Assembly (NCBI RefSeq): GCF_018977255.1
Contig: NW_024704742.1
Span: 16,060,001-16,124,000, forward strand
Direction of reading: 5' to 3'
DNA: 64,000 bases
DNA from: Callorhinchus milii
Taxonomy: Eukaryota
Under the pieces are notes generated by a model. That model saw nothing but the letters and a program-made list of their open reading frames with translations. It was not told the DNA's origin and searched no databases. The position numbers and the translations under genes were made by a program. Position 1 is the stretch's first letter, and each line of letters begins with the position of its first letter. Shown here piece after piece: positions 25,011 through 38,332 of the stretch.

Positions 25011-28000
25011 ATAAAATGCTTGTTCTTGATTTTGATTCTTAGTTTAAAAATAGAAAAACATACAGATCGATAACGTTTGCTGGTTGTATAACATGAACAT
25101 GAATATGATGCTATTCACTGTCCACTCTTTTTCCTATAAGTGATTGCAAATAGAATGCTTTGGATACATGCATCTTCATACTAAACCTTTACTATTGTTC
25201 ATTGTACTCAATCTCCATTTACTCCACCTTTACAGACTATTTTTGCTACACCTTTAATACACCTTTATAGAGACTATTTCCATTACACGCCTACATGTCT
25301 TTAGTTACCAAAGAACAATGCTGGACAGTTGATAAGAACATACAAAATTTGTGATTTGTATGCTTTTATATTATACTATTACAATATCACCAAATTTTTC
25401 TGTGCTCCCAACAGTGAATAAGGACATATTCATGACATACAATTCTTTGATGAAACCTTTATTGCAACTTTGTACAAAACCTCAACTATAACTTTATGCA
25501 ATAACTTAAGTACACCTTTACACAGACCCGCAGTCGTGCCTCATTCAGCACATTCAGTTAATCATCAAACAGACTCTCAGACAAATGCAAGGTACTACAT
25601 GTAGGAAATAAGGAGTAGAAATTTTCACCCCAAAACTCAACTCATCTTGTACACAATACCTAAATTATACATCTTTATGCACTAGCTACACTATATAGAT
25701 GTTTTTGACTGATTGATCACATAGATGTTTGACTGAAAAGTTGAATAAACTGTTCTTAAATAAAGTCCCTACAAATACATACTTGAAATTTATTAGCAAC
25801 CAGCAGGTTACACTACAGCAACTGAAATGCATGTGCTGAGTTCAGCCATTGCAGCTGTACCATAACCATTCCAAACTACATGCATAAAATTATTATATTA
25901 AATTGTTGAGAAGAAAGGAAGGCATACAGCAACAAAATTAACATGATTTAGAAGATATACTATAGGTATTATATGGAAGTTTTAATAGTTGATAATCTGT
26001 GAACAATGAGAATAAATAGGCTGAAACAGTGGAAGGCATATTTCAAGCAATGAGACTTTGTAAGAGACCAGAGATCAATGTCCAGAAGTGGTATGCAGAG
26101 ACTGGTCAAATTGAGACACTATAAATTCATGGTGAGAAAATAGTGATTCTGTAATTAAAAGCAAGAGGCAAGACTTGCAATCCTGATCATTTAAAGCATG
26201 CCTGAAACAGTGAATTTTGATATGAAGAGATAAAATCAACCCTGAAACTATAGGCAAATATCTAGTATCGGAAACATTTGCTGAGCCTCTGGCAGCTGAA
26301 AATGTCAAACAAATGAATGAGGCATCTTCCAGAAATAGATTAATGGTGGTAAAAGTGCAAAATACTGTCAGCAAATACATTTTCCAGGTACATCTTCATT
26401 TTATTTGGCAGTTGCATTTCCCACAATTTATGATAGTAAATCTGTCAGATCTATAAATGCGAAAGACTTTTAGAAATAAATCAAGTGTGTTCTTTTGAAA
26501 TACGATCATTTCAGTCCAGAAATTACTCTGTTATCTCACATTTCCTCCAAGTGCCACATGTGCTCTTTGAAAACTGAAGAGTTTAGCTTGAAGCAGTAAT
26601 ACAAGACAATCATTTCGTAGTTCTACTTTTATTCCATTGTATCCCAAGTATTCAATTTGTAATAACTCGTAGGAAAAACAAGAGTGGGCATTGAATAGCG
26701 TTATGTTCATTGATTTGTTAATGACATAGAAATGTATATACGCTTGGCAAGAAACACAAAAGTCATAAAGCAAGAAGTATCAATGAAGTGAAATCCCTTT
26801 CTCTCACCACCATCAAATGTGAAAGAGTGGCAGCTGCCATACAATGTTAGTGCCTTCATAGCTAGAGGAATTACAGTAACTCTAAACTGAAGGCATTGAC
26901 CAAAGTGAAAAGGAAAAATGTCTGAAACCTTTTGGACGAATGGCTTTACTTATAGAGTTGTACTGGAAACTGGGCTTGAGGAAAACATAGTTAAAACCTG
27001 AGCTGGGATGTGATCTTGACACTTGGTGCCCCTCAAAATCGGATACAACTGTACGTTTCAGCTTTAACAACCTGTTGAACAGATTTGCAAATTCTAAAAA
27101 TTGTAAAATGACTGCAGTTCATTTTTCAGTTTGCATCCCTTCTTTTCACTGGAATTAATTTTCAAATATGAATAATACTACTTACGTTTTATACAGCACC
27201 ATATAATGTTACTAGGATGTCTCAAAGCGCTTCACAGGATATACTGTAAAATAGTATGACTGTGTCTGTTTTGTGGGCAAAATAAGGGTTATGTTAGAAA
27301 GAAAGAAATTGTGAATGGCGCTGTAAATATTATTTTGACAATATATTTGGAGTCTTTAATATTATCATGTAGATATGTAGAATTGGGCACATTACAGTAA
27401 TTAATTGCTAGTTCCAAAAAATTGATGTTAATGAAACATTGGTGATGTTACTCATTTTATAGATGTGGTCTAATGTAGAAAATAAACAGCAATTTTTTCC
27501 TTAGTTTTTCTACCTATTGTAAAATTATTGCAGAAGGAACTGAACTCACTCTCTACATTTAATTATGTGTTTTGAAAAACAAAAAAAATGTCAGGAAGTT
27601 TCTGAGATTTCAGAGTTGTTTCAGCGGTTATCAAAATCAGCTGATATTTTGCTGATAGCCTCAATAACAGCCTTGTTCAACCTGGAATCAGATTCCCATA
27701 TATTCCAGGGTCAAAATACTGTTGATGGTAAGATATCAGTAAAATAAATGTCTTTCTAACATACTTTTATATTTCAACCTTTTTTCTGTATGTTAATAGA
27801 ATAACCTTTATTTGGCCCAGAAAATATACAGTCATATTACTTTACAGTATATCCTGCGAAGTGCTTTGAGAAACTTGTTACCCTTCAATTCAATTCAGCA
27901 CCTCCCGACGTTAAAGGCACTATACAAATGTAATTTTGTATTGTATTGTATGTTTTTTTACGAGGTAGATTTTGTTTCTCTACCGTAAGTGGAAATTATT

Positions 28001-28661
28001 GGGATTTTAAAAAAATCGTATAAAGAGATGTCTATTGTTGGCAATCAACCTAATACAGATCCAAATGAATCCCGGTTGTCTATTTCAGCATCAGGATCAG
28101 TGCAGCCAACCCAAATATGGTTTGTATGGTTCAGTAATTGAACAGTAATGTTAGCCAATGAATCACACAGAACAGGACAGATGTTGTATTTTTAAATGCC
28201 AATTCACCAGCAAAGAAAATAAAAAAGTTGACCATCTGACATTATTTTCCAAGAATAACAGGAAGTTCAGTAATCATTGCTTTCAATGAGACGATGAGAT
28301 TGTTTGGCATTATTTATAAAGACAGAATAGGGAAGGCATAAAATCTGTAACTATTCCATAATAAGTGAAAATATTGAACTTAATTTTTGGGGGCTTTACT
28401 TATTGGAAAATTGGACGAAATTTAAACTAAAAATTCCCACAAGATCAAAAGTTACAAAGTGTCAGCTTTGAACATAATATCAACAGGAATCTATTTCTGC
28501 GACTGGAGATGAAAACTGCAAAGAGGGATTCGAGAAATATCCCCAGATTCAAAGCAGAATTTTGTTCAGGAAATTCTAAGGACATGCTAAATAGTTTTAT
28601 TCTTATGTTTTAGTTCTGTGAAATAGCTCAATAAGAACTATGTGTGATCAGATTACTGATT

Positions 28662-28976
28662 TAATAATCCTTGCATTTGATTTAGCACTTTTCATGTCTT
28701 CTAGACATACGTCTCAAAGAGTTTCACACAATATACTGTAAAGTGAATTGACCGTATATTTGTGAACAAAACGCAGCAGCCAATTGCTCACAGCAGTGTC
28801 CCACAAACAGTTGTGGATTGAACTGACTGATTTATTATTTTTTATTCTTGAGGGATTATTATCCAGCGTGTGGAGTAAAGTAAGGAAACTTGCTCAAGGT
28901 TTCAACGTGCCAGGAATCAACCCAGGTCTCTCGCTTGCGAGGCCAGTGCTCTAACCACTGAGCTACAGGACTTCAC
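28662..28976 (-). mobile_element. tRNA-derived SINE, diverged
   Basis: Head to tail recognisable. Confidence 0.9.
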
Positions 28977-29269
28977 AAACATTTCTGCGCTAGTTCAACT
29001 TTTAATTCTCAACATCTGATCCAGTTCTCTGTAAATTTACATATTCCAGCATAGTGGTTGTGCAGGCATGTGTACACATTGACTAGTCTTTGTCTAGTCT
29101 ATTGAGCACTGCCTTGAATAAATTTGTTATGAAAGCAATCACCGACCAAGTTCAAATGTCTAACATCACCTACAATGAATTTTGAGGATTTACACAAAGG
29201 AGTAAGAGATGCCATGCATAAGAGACTAATGGAAGTTAAAGACTAGTCTCCCCTGAATGAATTTATCTG

Positions 29270-29478
29270 GGTTATATTGCTAAATCGGTTGAGTTTAGAT
29301 CTCCAGACGTCACACTCGGGATGTACAGTGCTCTAGTCAGACTGCACCTCGAATACTGCGTACAGTTCTGGTCACTGCAACATAAGAGACTGTCTAGCCC
29401 GAGAGGGATGCAGAGGAGAGTAATGAGGGTGATCCCCAGTGTTAGAGCAATAAGCTATGAGAAACAGCCAGACAAGCT
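29270..29478 (+). mobile_element. CR1 fragment (probable continuation at about 30205-30375)
   Basis: YSALVRLHLEYCVQFWS motif; CR1-like 3' end AAATGGGCCGAAG near 30340. Confidence 0.85.
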
Positions 29479-29479
29479 G

Positions 29480-30190
29480 TTTTTTGGGGGGTCAGCTGCG
29501 TGTCTGACACATGCAGAAACCCATCACTATGCTTAACAGTCCCTAAACCAAACTGACATTTCCATGCATCCCATCTACACATGGAAATCCCAGAGATGAT
29601 TGTTGGAATGGAATGCACACTCTCTCCCTGGAGGAATGCATCCTTCTTTTCTAATTCCGGAAAGTATTAGGCACAGGTTATAATAATAATAATAATCCTT
29701 GCATTTGATAAAGCGCTTTTCACGTTGGGAGGACGTCCCAAAGCGCTTCACAGAATATACCATAAAGTGAATTGACTGTATATTTGTGGGCGAACGCAGC
29801 AGCCAATTGCGCACAGCAATGTCCCACAAACAGTCATAGATTGAAAATGACCAATTTTTTTAATTATTGTTTTGTTATGGAGGGATTATTATTAGGCGTG
29901 TGGAGTAAGGAAACTTGCCCAAGGTTTCGCCCTGCCTGGAATTGAACTCAGGTCTCTCGCTTGCAAAGCGAGTGCTCTAACCACTGAGCTACAGGACTCC
30001 ACAAAGTTGGGTTGGCTAGAGCCAAGGCAGTCTAACCTGCTGAAACTTCATAGCTTGCCATTGATATTGCTGTCTGGCAAATGTTCCCGCTGCTTGTCCA
30101 GCTACAACCACCTTACCTGTTGGGGCTTTGGTTTGAAGGGTTAATAGGAGCTGAGTAGGATGATACCCTGCCCCCATTGACTGGTCTGGC
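29480..30190 (-). repeat. Unassigned ~390-bp interspersed repeat, copy A, split by a SINE
   Basis: Collinear in reverse with 33648-34040, e.g. CATGGAAATCCCAGAGATG(G)ATTGTTGGAATGGAATG. Confidence 0.85.
29680..30002 (-). mobile_element. tRNA-Ala-derived SINE, short form, full length
   Basis: Near-consensus copy. Confidence 0.95.
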
Positions 30191-30679
30191 AGATGAGCCA
30201 GGCTGACTGTTAATGAGTGATTGCAACAGGTTGTCAAGAAAGGTGGTTGAGGCCAGGACACCAGACTCATTTAATAAGCAGCTTGGTGCAGTGATGGGGG
30301 GGGACTATAGAGTGAGTGTTGTTGAGGGATGAGACCAAATGGGCCGAAGAGACCAATCTTATGATCTCATGATTTTGTGACCTTTATATGTTAAGTATTT
30401 TGTGAAATTGTATTTTATACCAAAGACATGACAAATATACTCAAAAAATTTAAATTTCTGTATTCTATTTCAGTTGGTATTTAAAAAGAAGTTTCTGTAT
30501 GATTGACAGCAGATTCTCATTGTTTGAGAGAAATTGTTTGCAAGAGATTTTCAGTTCAATAGCTTGAGGAATTTATGGAAGATAAATTGACCTCAGTGTG
30601 GATATTTTGAAATAATCTGTGTGTTTTAATTCAACTTCCTTCACAATTGGAATTACAAAAGTTTCTCTTGTGATGCCCC

Positions 30680-30995
30680 TAGCTCTGTGACCTCCTATGA
30701 CCTTACCACCCTAGAGTTCACTCCACTCAGCTTCCTTCGTGCTCCCAACTCACTCTGCCACACTATTAGCGGGTAGATCTTCAGCCACATTGCCCCCCAT
30801 TCTCTGGAACTCCATCCTCAAGTTTCTCCGCTTTTCCTCCTTCTTTTCCATCTTCAAAACCCACCTTAAGACCTATCTCCTTGACCATGCTTTTGGCCAC
30901 CTCTTCCTTCACCTCCTCAACCCTCACCCCCATCTCCGGCTCCCATGAGATGTGTGAAGTACCTTGAGATGTCAAAAGCACTATATTGTTGTTCC
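30680..30995 (+). mobile_element. Old L2 3' fragment
   Basis: LWNSIL..FKTHLKTYLLDHAFG translation. Confidence 0.75.
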
Positions 30996-33647
30996 GTTCA
31001 ATACTTTATTATTATCTAAATAAATTAAATAGGCTATTGTGTTAAATAATAATTGTTGCATTTGACGTAGCTCCTACAATATTGAAACAAATTCATTTCC
31101 AAGATAATTGCTGTGAAAATACTTTCTGTATTTGTAGCCAAGTGCAACAACTGTATTATCTAGAACAATGTTCCACAAGCTACCTGTGGAAGTGAATCAT
31201 TAAATCACCTGGAAGATTGTTAGCCCAGACACTGAGAGAAGCTCACCACATTTTTTCCAACAGTGTATTGGGATATTTAAAATCCACTGAACAGACATTT
31301 GAAGGATAGTCACTATGACAATGCAGTGCTTCTACTGAAGATATAAATTAAGTAGTAACAAATGATCAAATTTGCTTTGAAGACTTGTCTGCGCAGAATA
31401 TGAAATGCAGTCATAATGTCACATGATACTCACTGCCATAAAACTGTCTAGCCTTACTTCTGTCAGTGATTAAAATGAAGACAGCCTGAATCACATCAAG
31501 AACATCAGTATAATTTGTCAGCTCATGTAAAATACATCCTATTGTCATCTGATTTGGAGAAGGTAGTGCAACTTCATCTTTAAAAGTCTTATTATTGAAA
31601 GATTGTCTTCATTTTCGCAAAGAAACTGTTGCTCAGATGAATGGTAAAAAGACGGAGATACATTCAATTATCAAAGTAAATAACTCTGAGCTCATTCTTT
31701 ATTTCACACACTACTTTTCTCCTCTGTACTTTCCCACAAGTGTCATACTGCTGTTACAGGTGCAGTGTCTTCTCATCCGAGCAGACTACAGTTCAAGCTA
31801 GCTGGGGTCTTGCATGTGACACTGAGACTTGTTCCACTTAAAATCAATCTCAAGACAGCTATGAAATTCTCTGGCATAAGCAGACAAACTATGTGCATTG
31901 GATCATCTACATTTGCACAGGCATATCAAGCAGATCAAAGAGAGGACTTAGCAATGTTGGAAAGCATACAGTATATACTGCAAAACCCTTGTTCCTCAAC
32001 CATGACCTCAGTGTAACCATATGCTCATTTCAGTCATCAAAATTCTTTCGATTTTTCCTTATTAGAGGAGCTGAGTCTGGATTAAAGTAATTATAGTTTG
32101 ATGGCCATGAATCTTCTTTGTGAAACAGATAAATGCCTGGGGCAGAAACTTTATTCACAAGACATGCTCCAGATGCGAGTAGCCTCTTACCAGGCGCACT
32201 GGATCAAATTTGTGCACAAGCAGACTGCCCAAATAATTGCGACGACAATATGTTCCAAATAATTAGACAACAATAGTCTTGGCTCCATGTCCAACTGTGG
32301 TCTATACTTTCCACCAGTTGAGACATTGTCTTTCATTTTGCAAATGATCTGATTTCTAACTACACAAGTAAATAAAATGCAACTCACGGTTGATCATCTT
32401 TCTCTACCACTTTCTCTTATTCAAGAATGTTTATTCCTTTCTTGGAACCAAAGCCTGACTTTGCTATTTATGTCTTCCTCTATCACCGTTGGGTTTTATT
32501 ATATTGGTTTATAACATCACCATGGTTTGGAAATTTAGTTTTTCAGCAATTGAAAGGAATTGAAAACACACATTCAGATAAAAGTAGTGAATACAATAAT
32601 AATGAAAATTCAACAAAAATTTTCAGGATTTCTTGCACCTCATAAAAATAGTCTACAGAACAATGGATTCCTGTGACTGATTCCATACTTATATAATCGC
32701 TTGGGGTTCAAGTGACAACAATAGCAATAGCAAATTTCAAGCAGTGAGAAGTGAGATTAGATTACAGGCTGGAAAACATTTAGTAGATCTACTCTTTAAC
32801 ACAAAACACACGAACATCAAGATATGTTTTTTGTTCTTTTGTGAGTGTGCCGTACCATTTATGCACCTTAATATTTACATTGAAGGATTGATGATTCATA
32901 TCATAATTGAAAGAACTTGCAGGAAGCATAATTGCTAATATGTAATATAATCATATCAATCATCCATCCTTTAGATGTTTATTAAAAGATGTCTGTGGCA
33001 GCTCATCAGGTGAGACAAATGAGATACTGCCTGGCCCTAGAATTTCTATTTCTTGCAGTAAGCATTGCCAGACCAGTGAGTGAGATCTGAGTGAATTGGG
33101 CAAGACTAACATGGGATGAAGGTCCGTGAGTGAGTGGGATCAGCCAGCAAGTAAATAAATAACAACAACAACAAATTATATTCGTATAGCGCTTTTCATG
33201 TTGAGAAAATGTCCCAAATACTGGTGTGAGTGATACATGATACAAAATAAAATTGATGTTTCACTTGGCGGCTGGATTTGCCTGCAAATACATAGTTACT
33301 ACACTTACAGAAACTCTGCAAAGTGTTTTGAAAGGTTCTTAACGTTATAAGTGCTATACTAAGCATTTTTATTACTTTTTTATAATAAGCTCACAATCCA
33401 TTTTATCTCCAATCAAGATGTGCAATGGAAACCTCCCTTCCATCTTAAACATGCTCCCCACCCCCCTGAAATCCAGAATCAGCTCCCCTCTTAGCCATTC
33501 CCCCTGGTGACCAAAATTGACAAAATCTGCCAAGCTGCATTTTCCTTCTCCACTCCTCCTCCCATGCAGTTTCCCACTTCCTCTACACTGCACACATTTT
33601 GCTTTGTTTCTCCTTCATCACTCTCTACCTGCAAATCCTACATGAAA

Positions 33648-34040
33648 CCAGACCAGTCACTGGGAGCAGAGATTCTTGCCACTCAGCTCTTGCTAACCCA
33701 GCAAGCCAAAGCTCTAATGGGTAGGATTGTTCTAGCAGGACAGACAGCAGGAAAGCTTGCCAAGCAGTGCTCTCATTAACAAACTATGTGGATTTAGCTG
33801 GTTAGACTCCAGCAGTACCCAAACGTGCACATTGGGGCTCCCAAACCTGCGCCTAATATTTTCTGGAATTAGGTAAGCAGGATGCATCCCTTCAGGGAGA
33901 GAGCGCCCATTCCATTCCAACAATCCATCTCTGGGATTTCCATGTTAAGGTGGGATGCATGGGATTTTCAGTTTGGTTTGGATACTCTGAAGCAAGTTGA
34001 TAGGTTTCTGCATGGGTCAGATACCAGCTGACGAAAAAAA
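33648..34040 (+). repeat. Unassigned ~390-bp interspersed repeat, copy B
   Basis: Homologous to copy A; ends GTCAGATACCAGCTGACGAAAAAAA. Confidence 0.85.
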
Positions 34041-35254
34041 TTCTAAGTCATGCAAATTGAGACCTTATCCAGTACCCAGAAACATGTGTGCTGACTCATG
34101 GGAAGTACTCCTACACAATCTACTTTAGGATTTGAGTTCTCTGGGTCAATGAGATTTCTAACAAAATTCCTTATGAAGGAAATCCATTAAAAATACTGCA
34201 AATTACATCCTTGTCATAAAATATCCATCTAATAAAGACCTTATGGGGAAATGCAAAGAACTGCTTCAAAAAGTAAAGTCATTCCAACTTAACCATTTGA
34301 ATAGGCTGGATTCAAGTTCTGATTTTGCATAGCAGAGGAGATTTCTCAAACTAAAAGGTAATCTGAATCCAAGTTGGCAAAATGAGCTGGAGCTTGAGCC
34401 AGCTTTGCACGAGCAGTATTGCCTTTGATACAGAATTCCACTTGGATTTGAGTTCAATGGCCTGAGAGTCAGCTCCGATCAACCCAAATCAAAAGAAAGT
34501 TTGCTGATCCTGAGCTATGATCGAGTACCTAAGTACTCAATGAAACAATAATGAAATTGCTAAGCTTTTTCGGTTTCTAAAGTTGAACATTTGTATGTAT
34601 ACAGATACAGGAATGTATACGTATGAGGGCCAGTAAGATATTTCCCTGCACCTCAATATAAAATAGCAAGCGGCAGCACTGTACAGACCTTTGAGCAGAA
34701 ACACCAACACTGTTCTCAGTTTTGTTTTTCTGACTCCTTTTCTTTTTTGGCCATAAAATCAAGTAAACCAGCACACAAAATGTCAAATGGTTCATTTTCA
34801 TAAATGGACTGTTGTTACAATTCCACTGGACAGTGGGAGAAAATGGACAACTACTTTAATAGTTCCCAATGGGGTATTACAGACTACTGTAGTTTAAATA
34901 TGTATAATTTATATATTAAATTGCATATGATTCACTTTGCTTCAAAGGGTATCACTGGGTACTTCTTATTTAAAAAAAAGTCCTGTTAAATTAATCAAAC
35001 CCTTTTTCAGAATTTTACCTTCTGTTATTGTATTTTCTGCTTAGAAAACGTTTGCAGGCATAGAATACAGTGCCATTGATGTACTTACCAGCACAGTAGT
35101 GCTACATACTGAAAGGTTGAGATATTGTGTCAGTAGGAGGATAGCTGGGCAGCAACACTCAGAGGCTATTCATACCTTAATAAAAATAATAATAACAATA
35201 ATCCTTGCATTTGATATAGCACTTCGTCACAGCATTGAAATATCACCTGCAGAT

Positions 35255-35940
35255 GTGGAGTCCTGTAGCTCAGGGGTTAGAGCACTCGCCTCACAAGCTA
35301 GAGACCTGAGTTCGATTCCCAGCAGGGCAAAATGTAGGGCAAGTTTCCTTACTCCACACACATGCCTCCATTTACCTAGCAGTAAGTAGGAACCCGGTTG
35401 TTAGTCGATTAGCGGATCGCTTTTCCAGGGGTAATAATTCCTTAAAAAAATTGGTCACTAATCCACGACTGTTTGTGAGACACAGTTGTGCGCAATTGGC
35501 ACATTTACCCACAAAATATACAGTCGATTCACTTTACAGTATATTTTATGAAGCGCTTTGAGACATCTCGAAGACATGTGGAGTCCTGTAGCTCAGTGGT
35601 TAGAGCACTCGCTTTGCAAGCGAGAGACCTGAGTTCAATTCCAGGCAGGGCGAAACCTTGGGCAAGTTTTCTTACTCCACACGCCTAATAATAATCCCTC
35701 CAAAAAAACAAAAACAATAATAAATTGGTCATTTTCAATCTACGACTGTTTGTGGGACATTGCTGTGCACAATTGGCTGCCGCGTTCGCCCACAAAAATA
35801 TACAGTCAATTCACTTTACAGTGTGTTCTGTGAAGCGCTTTGGGACGTCCTCCCGACGTGAAAAGCGCTATATCAATTGCAAGGATTATTATTATTATTA
35901 TAATAAGGTGCTATATCAATTATAAGGATTATTATTATTA
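35255..35940 (+). mobile_element. Long-form SINE interrupted near its 3' end
   Basis: 35255-35577 plus the residual tail ATAAGGTGCTATATCAATTATAAGGATTATT at about 35903-35940. Confidence 0.9.
35578..35902 (+). mobile_element. Short-form SINE nested in long-form SINE
   Basis: Near-consensus full-length copy. Confidence 0.95.
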
Positions 35941-38052
35941 ACTGAAGCACTGTAAAGTGTAGTGACTTTTTCTAGCCAATTGGCACACAGGATTATCATT
36001 GCAACAGCACATCATCATCAGGAGGATAAAACTACCCTATCTCACCATTGGTCTAAACCCAACCCATGTTCTGTGTTAGTGAGTGAACAATCTGCGGCAG
36101 ACAATTTGTGCAGACCAATATCCTACAAATAACCACTGGAATGAATGACCAATTTTATCTGTAAGATTGTTGGCTAGGATACAAAGAGAAACCTTGTGTA
36201 AGGGTACAGTACTGTAGGGTAGGTCCCTGGTGGATGGGTTGGGTAAAATGTTTAGTTCATCCTCTCTTGTCAACCTTTATAGCCTTTATTTTAATACATT
36301 TTATTCAACCCAATAATACCCAACATAAAATCCTATTCTAATACAATAAAAAGATAAATACCAGAGTCAAATGCAGAGAAGAAAACTAAACTTGTACTAC
36401 TGGGCAGAATGAATCTTGGGATCAGTTGCAACAGCAAATTAGAATTTGACCTGAATGTACATTAACCGAGTTTGACATGATTTAAAAATTATACAAAAAA
36501 AGGGTGCTTCGTATATGCATATGATTGTTTAATTTTTGGGTTGTCTGGGTTTCACTTATTCAGCCCAGTTTTCCAATAACGCCTCAAGGAATGCAAGCAG
36601 CAAACTAAACTGACAGTGCTATCCGAGATATATCATTGGTGGGTTTGCACTGCCTGAACACAATCTCCAAAGGCATTCTCCATCGAGTTTGTGATTCATC
36701 ACGGTGTCACTCAGGCAAGCAGTGATTTGCCACACTCCTTTACCGCTTTATCTCATAAGCATCAGCGCAGCTTCTTTTCCTGAAAATATCTCATGTCAAG
36801 AAAATAGTTTTTTTATTAACACTTTCACCAAAATAAATAAAAGCTTAAATAAAAGAGAAGAACAGAAAGCGTTGCTCTGCAGAGAAAAAGCAATAACAAA
36901 AGTCCAGACAATAAGTCCCTCAAGTGAATTTTTTACACATTATTTTGACACGTACATAAATTCAGTCTCTCCAAACGCATATTAAATAATAAAAAAAATG
37001 TCACTTTTGTAATCATTTTCTAAGCTGGTAGTGCACTCCTCTGTCTTGTGTCTTCCTAGTGATACTTCATGCAGAAATTCCACGGTTTGAGCAATGAAAC
37101 CTGCAGCACAGAATTGAATGCTAAGTGATTTAAAGTGACCTGACAGGCAAAGACTGCAACCCCCAGAGTCATGTAAAATGCAAGAGAAACACTATTTGAA
37201 CGAGGCTCTAAAACTGCAAAAAAAAACAGGAGAAAAATCCTACCTTTAAAATATAAACCACTGCTTCAGAACTGCAAAATATATTGAAGTAGTGCTTAAT
37301 GGAAAATAAAACAACCTGCAATGGGAATGAGCCAGTACCGGCTTATTTTTCTTAATTACACTTGGTTAGGATTTTTTCTTATAATCGAGTATTTAGGAAT
37401 TAAAAATTAATTGTTGTGCACAAGCGACAAGGAAAAATATTTGCTCACCAATGGGTGCTGTGGAGGAAGAAAATGTGAAGTAATCCTAGGAAACTCTGAG
37501 AGGTTATGAAAAATGTATGTGCAAACTTGACTCCCGAAATTGTTGCAACAGAATCTTTATGACTTTCATATTAATAATAAAAATAAACAATAAGTTTTCC
37601 ACTGGAATATCTTTCCAATGTTTGCTGAATAAGTTAAAATTGGACATTAACCACCCTGTTGAGTATTGTGTTTAATTTAAATAAATAAGTATTACATAAC
37701 TCAACGTTTTAAAAGTTAAGCCACAACCATGCAAAATGTTTGACAAAAACACACTGCAGATTTTGCAATACCATTGAATTAAATTGCAGCCTCTGGGGTG
37801 TGCTTGTATCTTTTTTGCCTAAATATTTATTTTTTAACAATAATATTAAATATAGTATTTATTTAATTTAAAAATGTTATATTTGTTTAAAAATATTTGC
37901 ATAAAACAGGGTGCTTATTTTCAGTCAGTGGTCAGAATGGAATATCTAGTGACATCTGCACCTTAAGGAAAGTGGTGGGGGGCATTGTCCAATGAATGTG
38001 CCAAATAAAAATCCTCTTTAGCATTAATCAATGGTACCAATAATTGGTAAAG

Positions 38053-38332
38053 TTGGGCAAGTTTCCTTACTCCACACATCTCTATTTACCTAGCAGTAAG
38101 TAGGAACTCAGTTGTTAGTCAATTTGGCGACTCACTTTTCCGGGGGTAATAATTTCTTTTTTTTAAAAAATTGGTCACTCAATCCACGACTGTTTGTGGG
38201 ACACTGCTGTCGCAATCCGCTGCCACTTTTCGCCCACAAAATATACAGCCAATTCACTTTACAGTATATTCTGTGAAGTGCTTTGAGACGCCTCGAAGCT
38301 GTGATACATCAAATACAAGGATTATTATTATA
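38053..38332 (+). mobile_element. Long-form SINE lacking the tRNA head
   Basis: Starts TTGGGCAAGTTTCCTTACTCCACAC..TTTACCTAGCAGTAAGTAGGAAC. Confidence 0.88.

Noticed and set aside
31765..32387. Cluster of short ORFs with a donor-like site near 32190
   Set aside because: Frames are inconsistent, stops are frequent and no protein family is recognisable.
36600..36790. Minus-strand exon after a TATTTTCAG acceptor
   Set aside because: Stops occur in all three frames within about 40 nt; at most a non-coding element.
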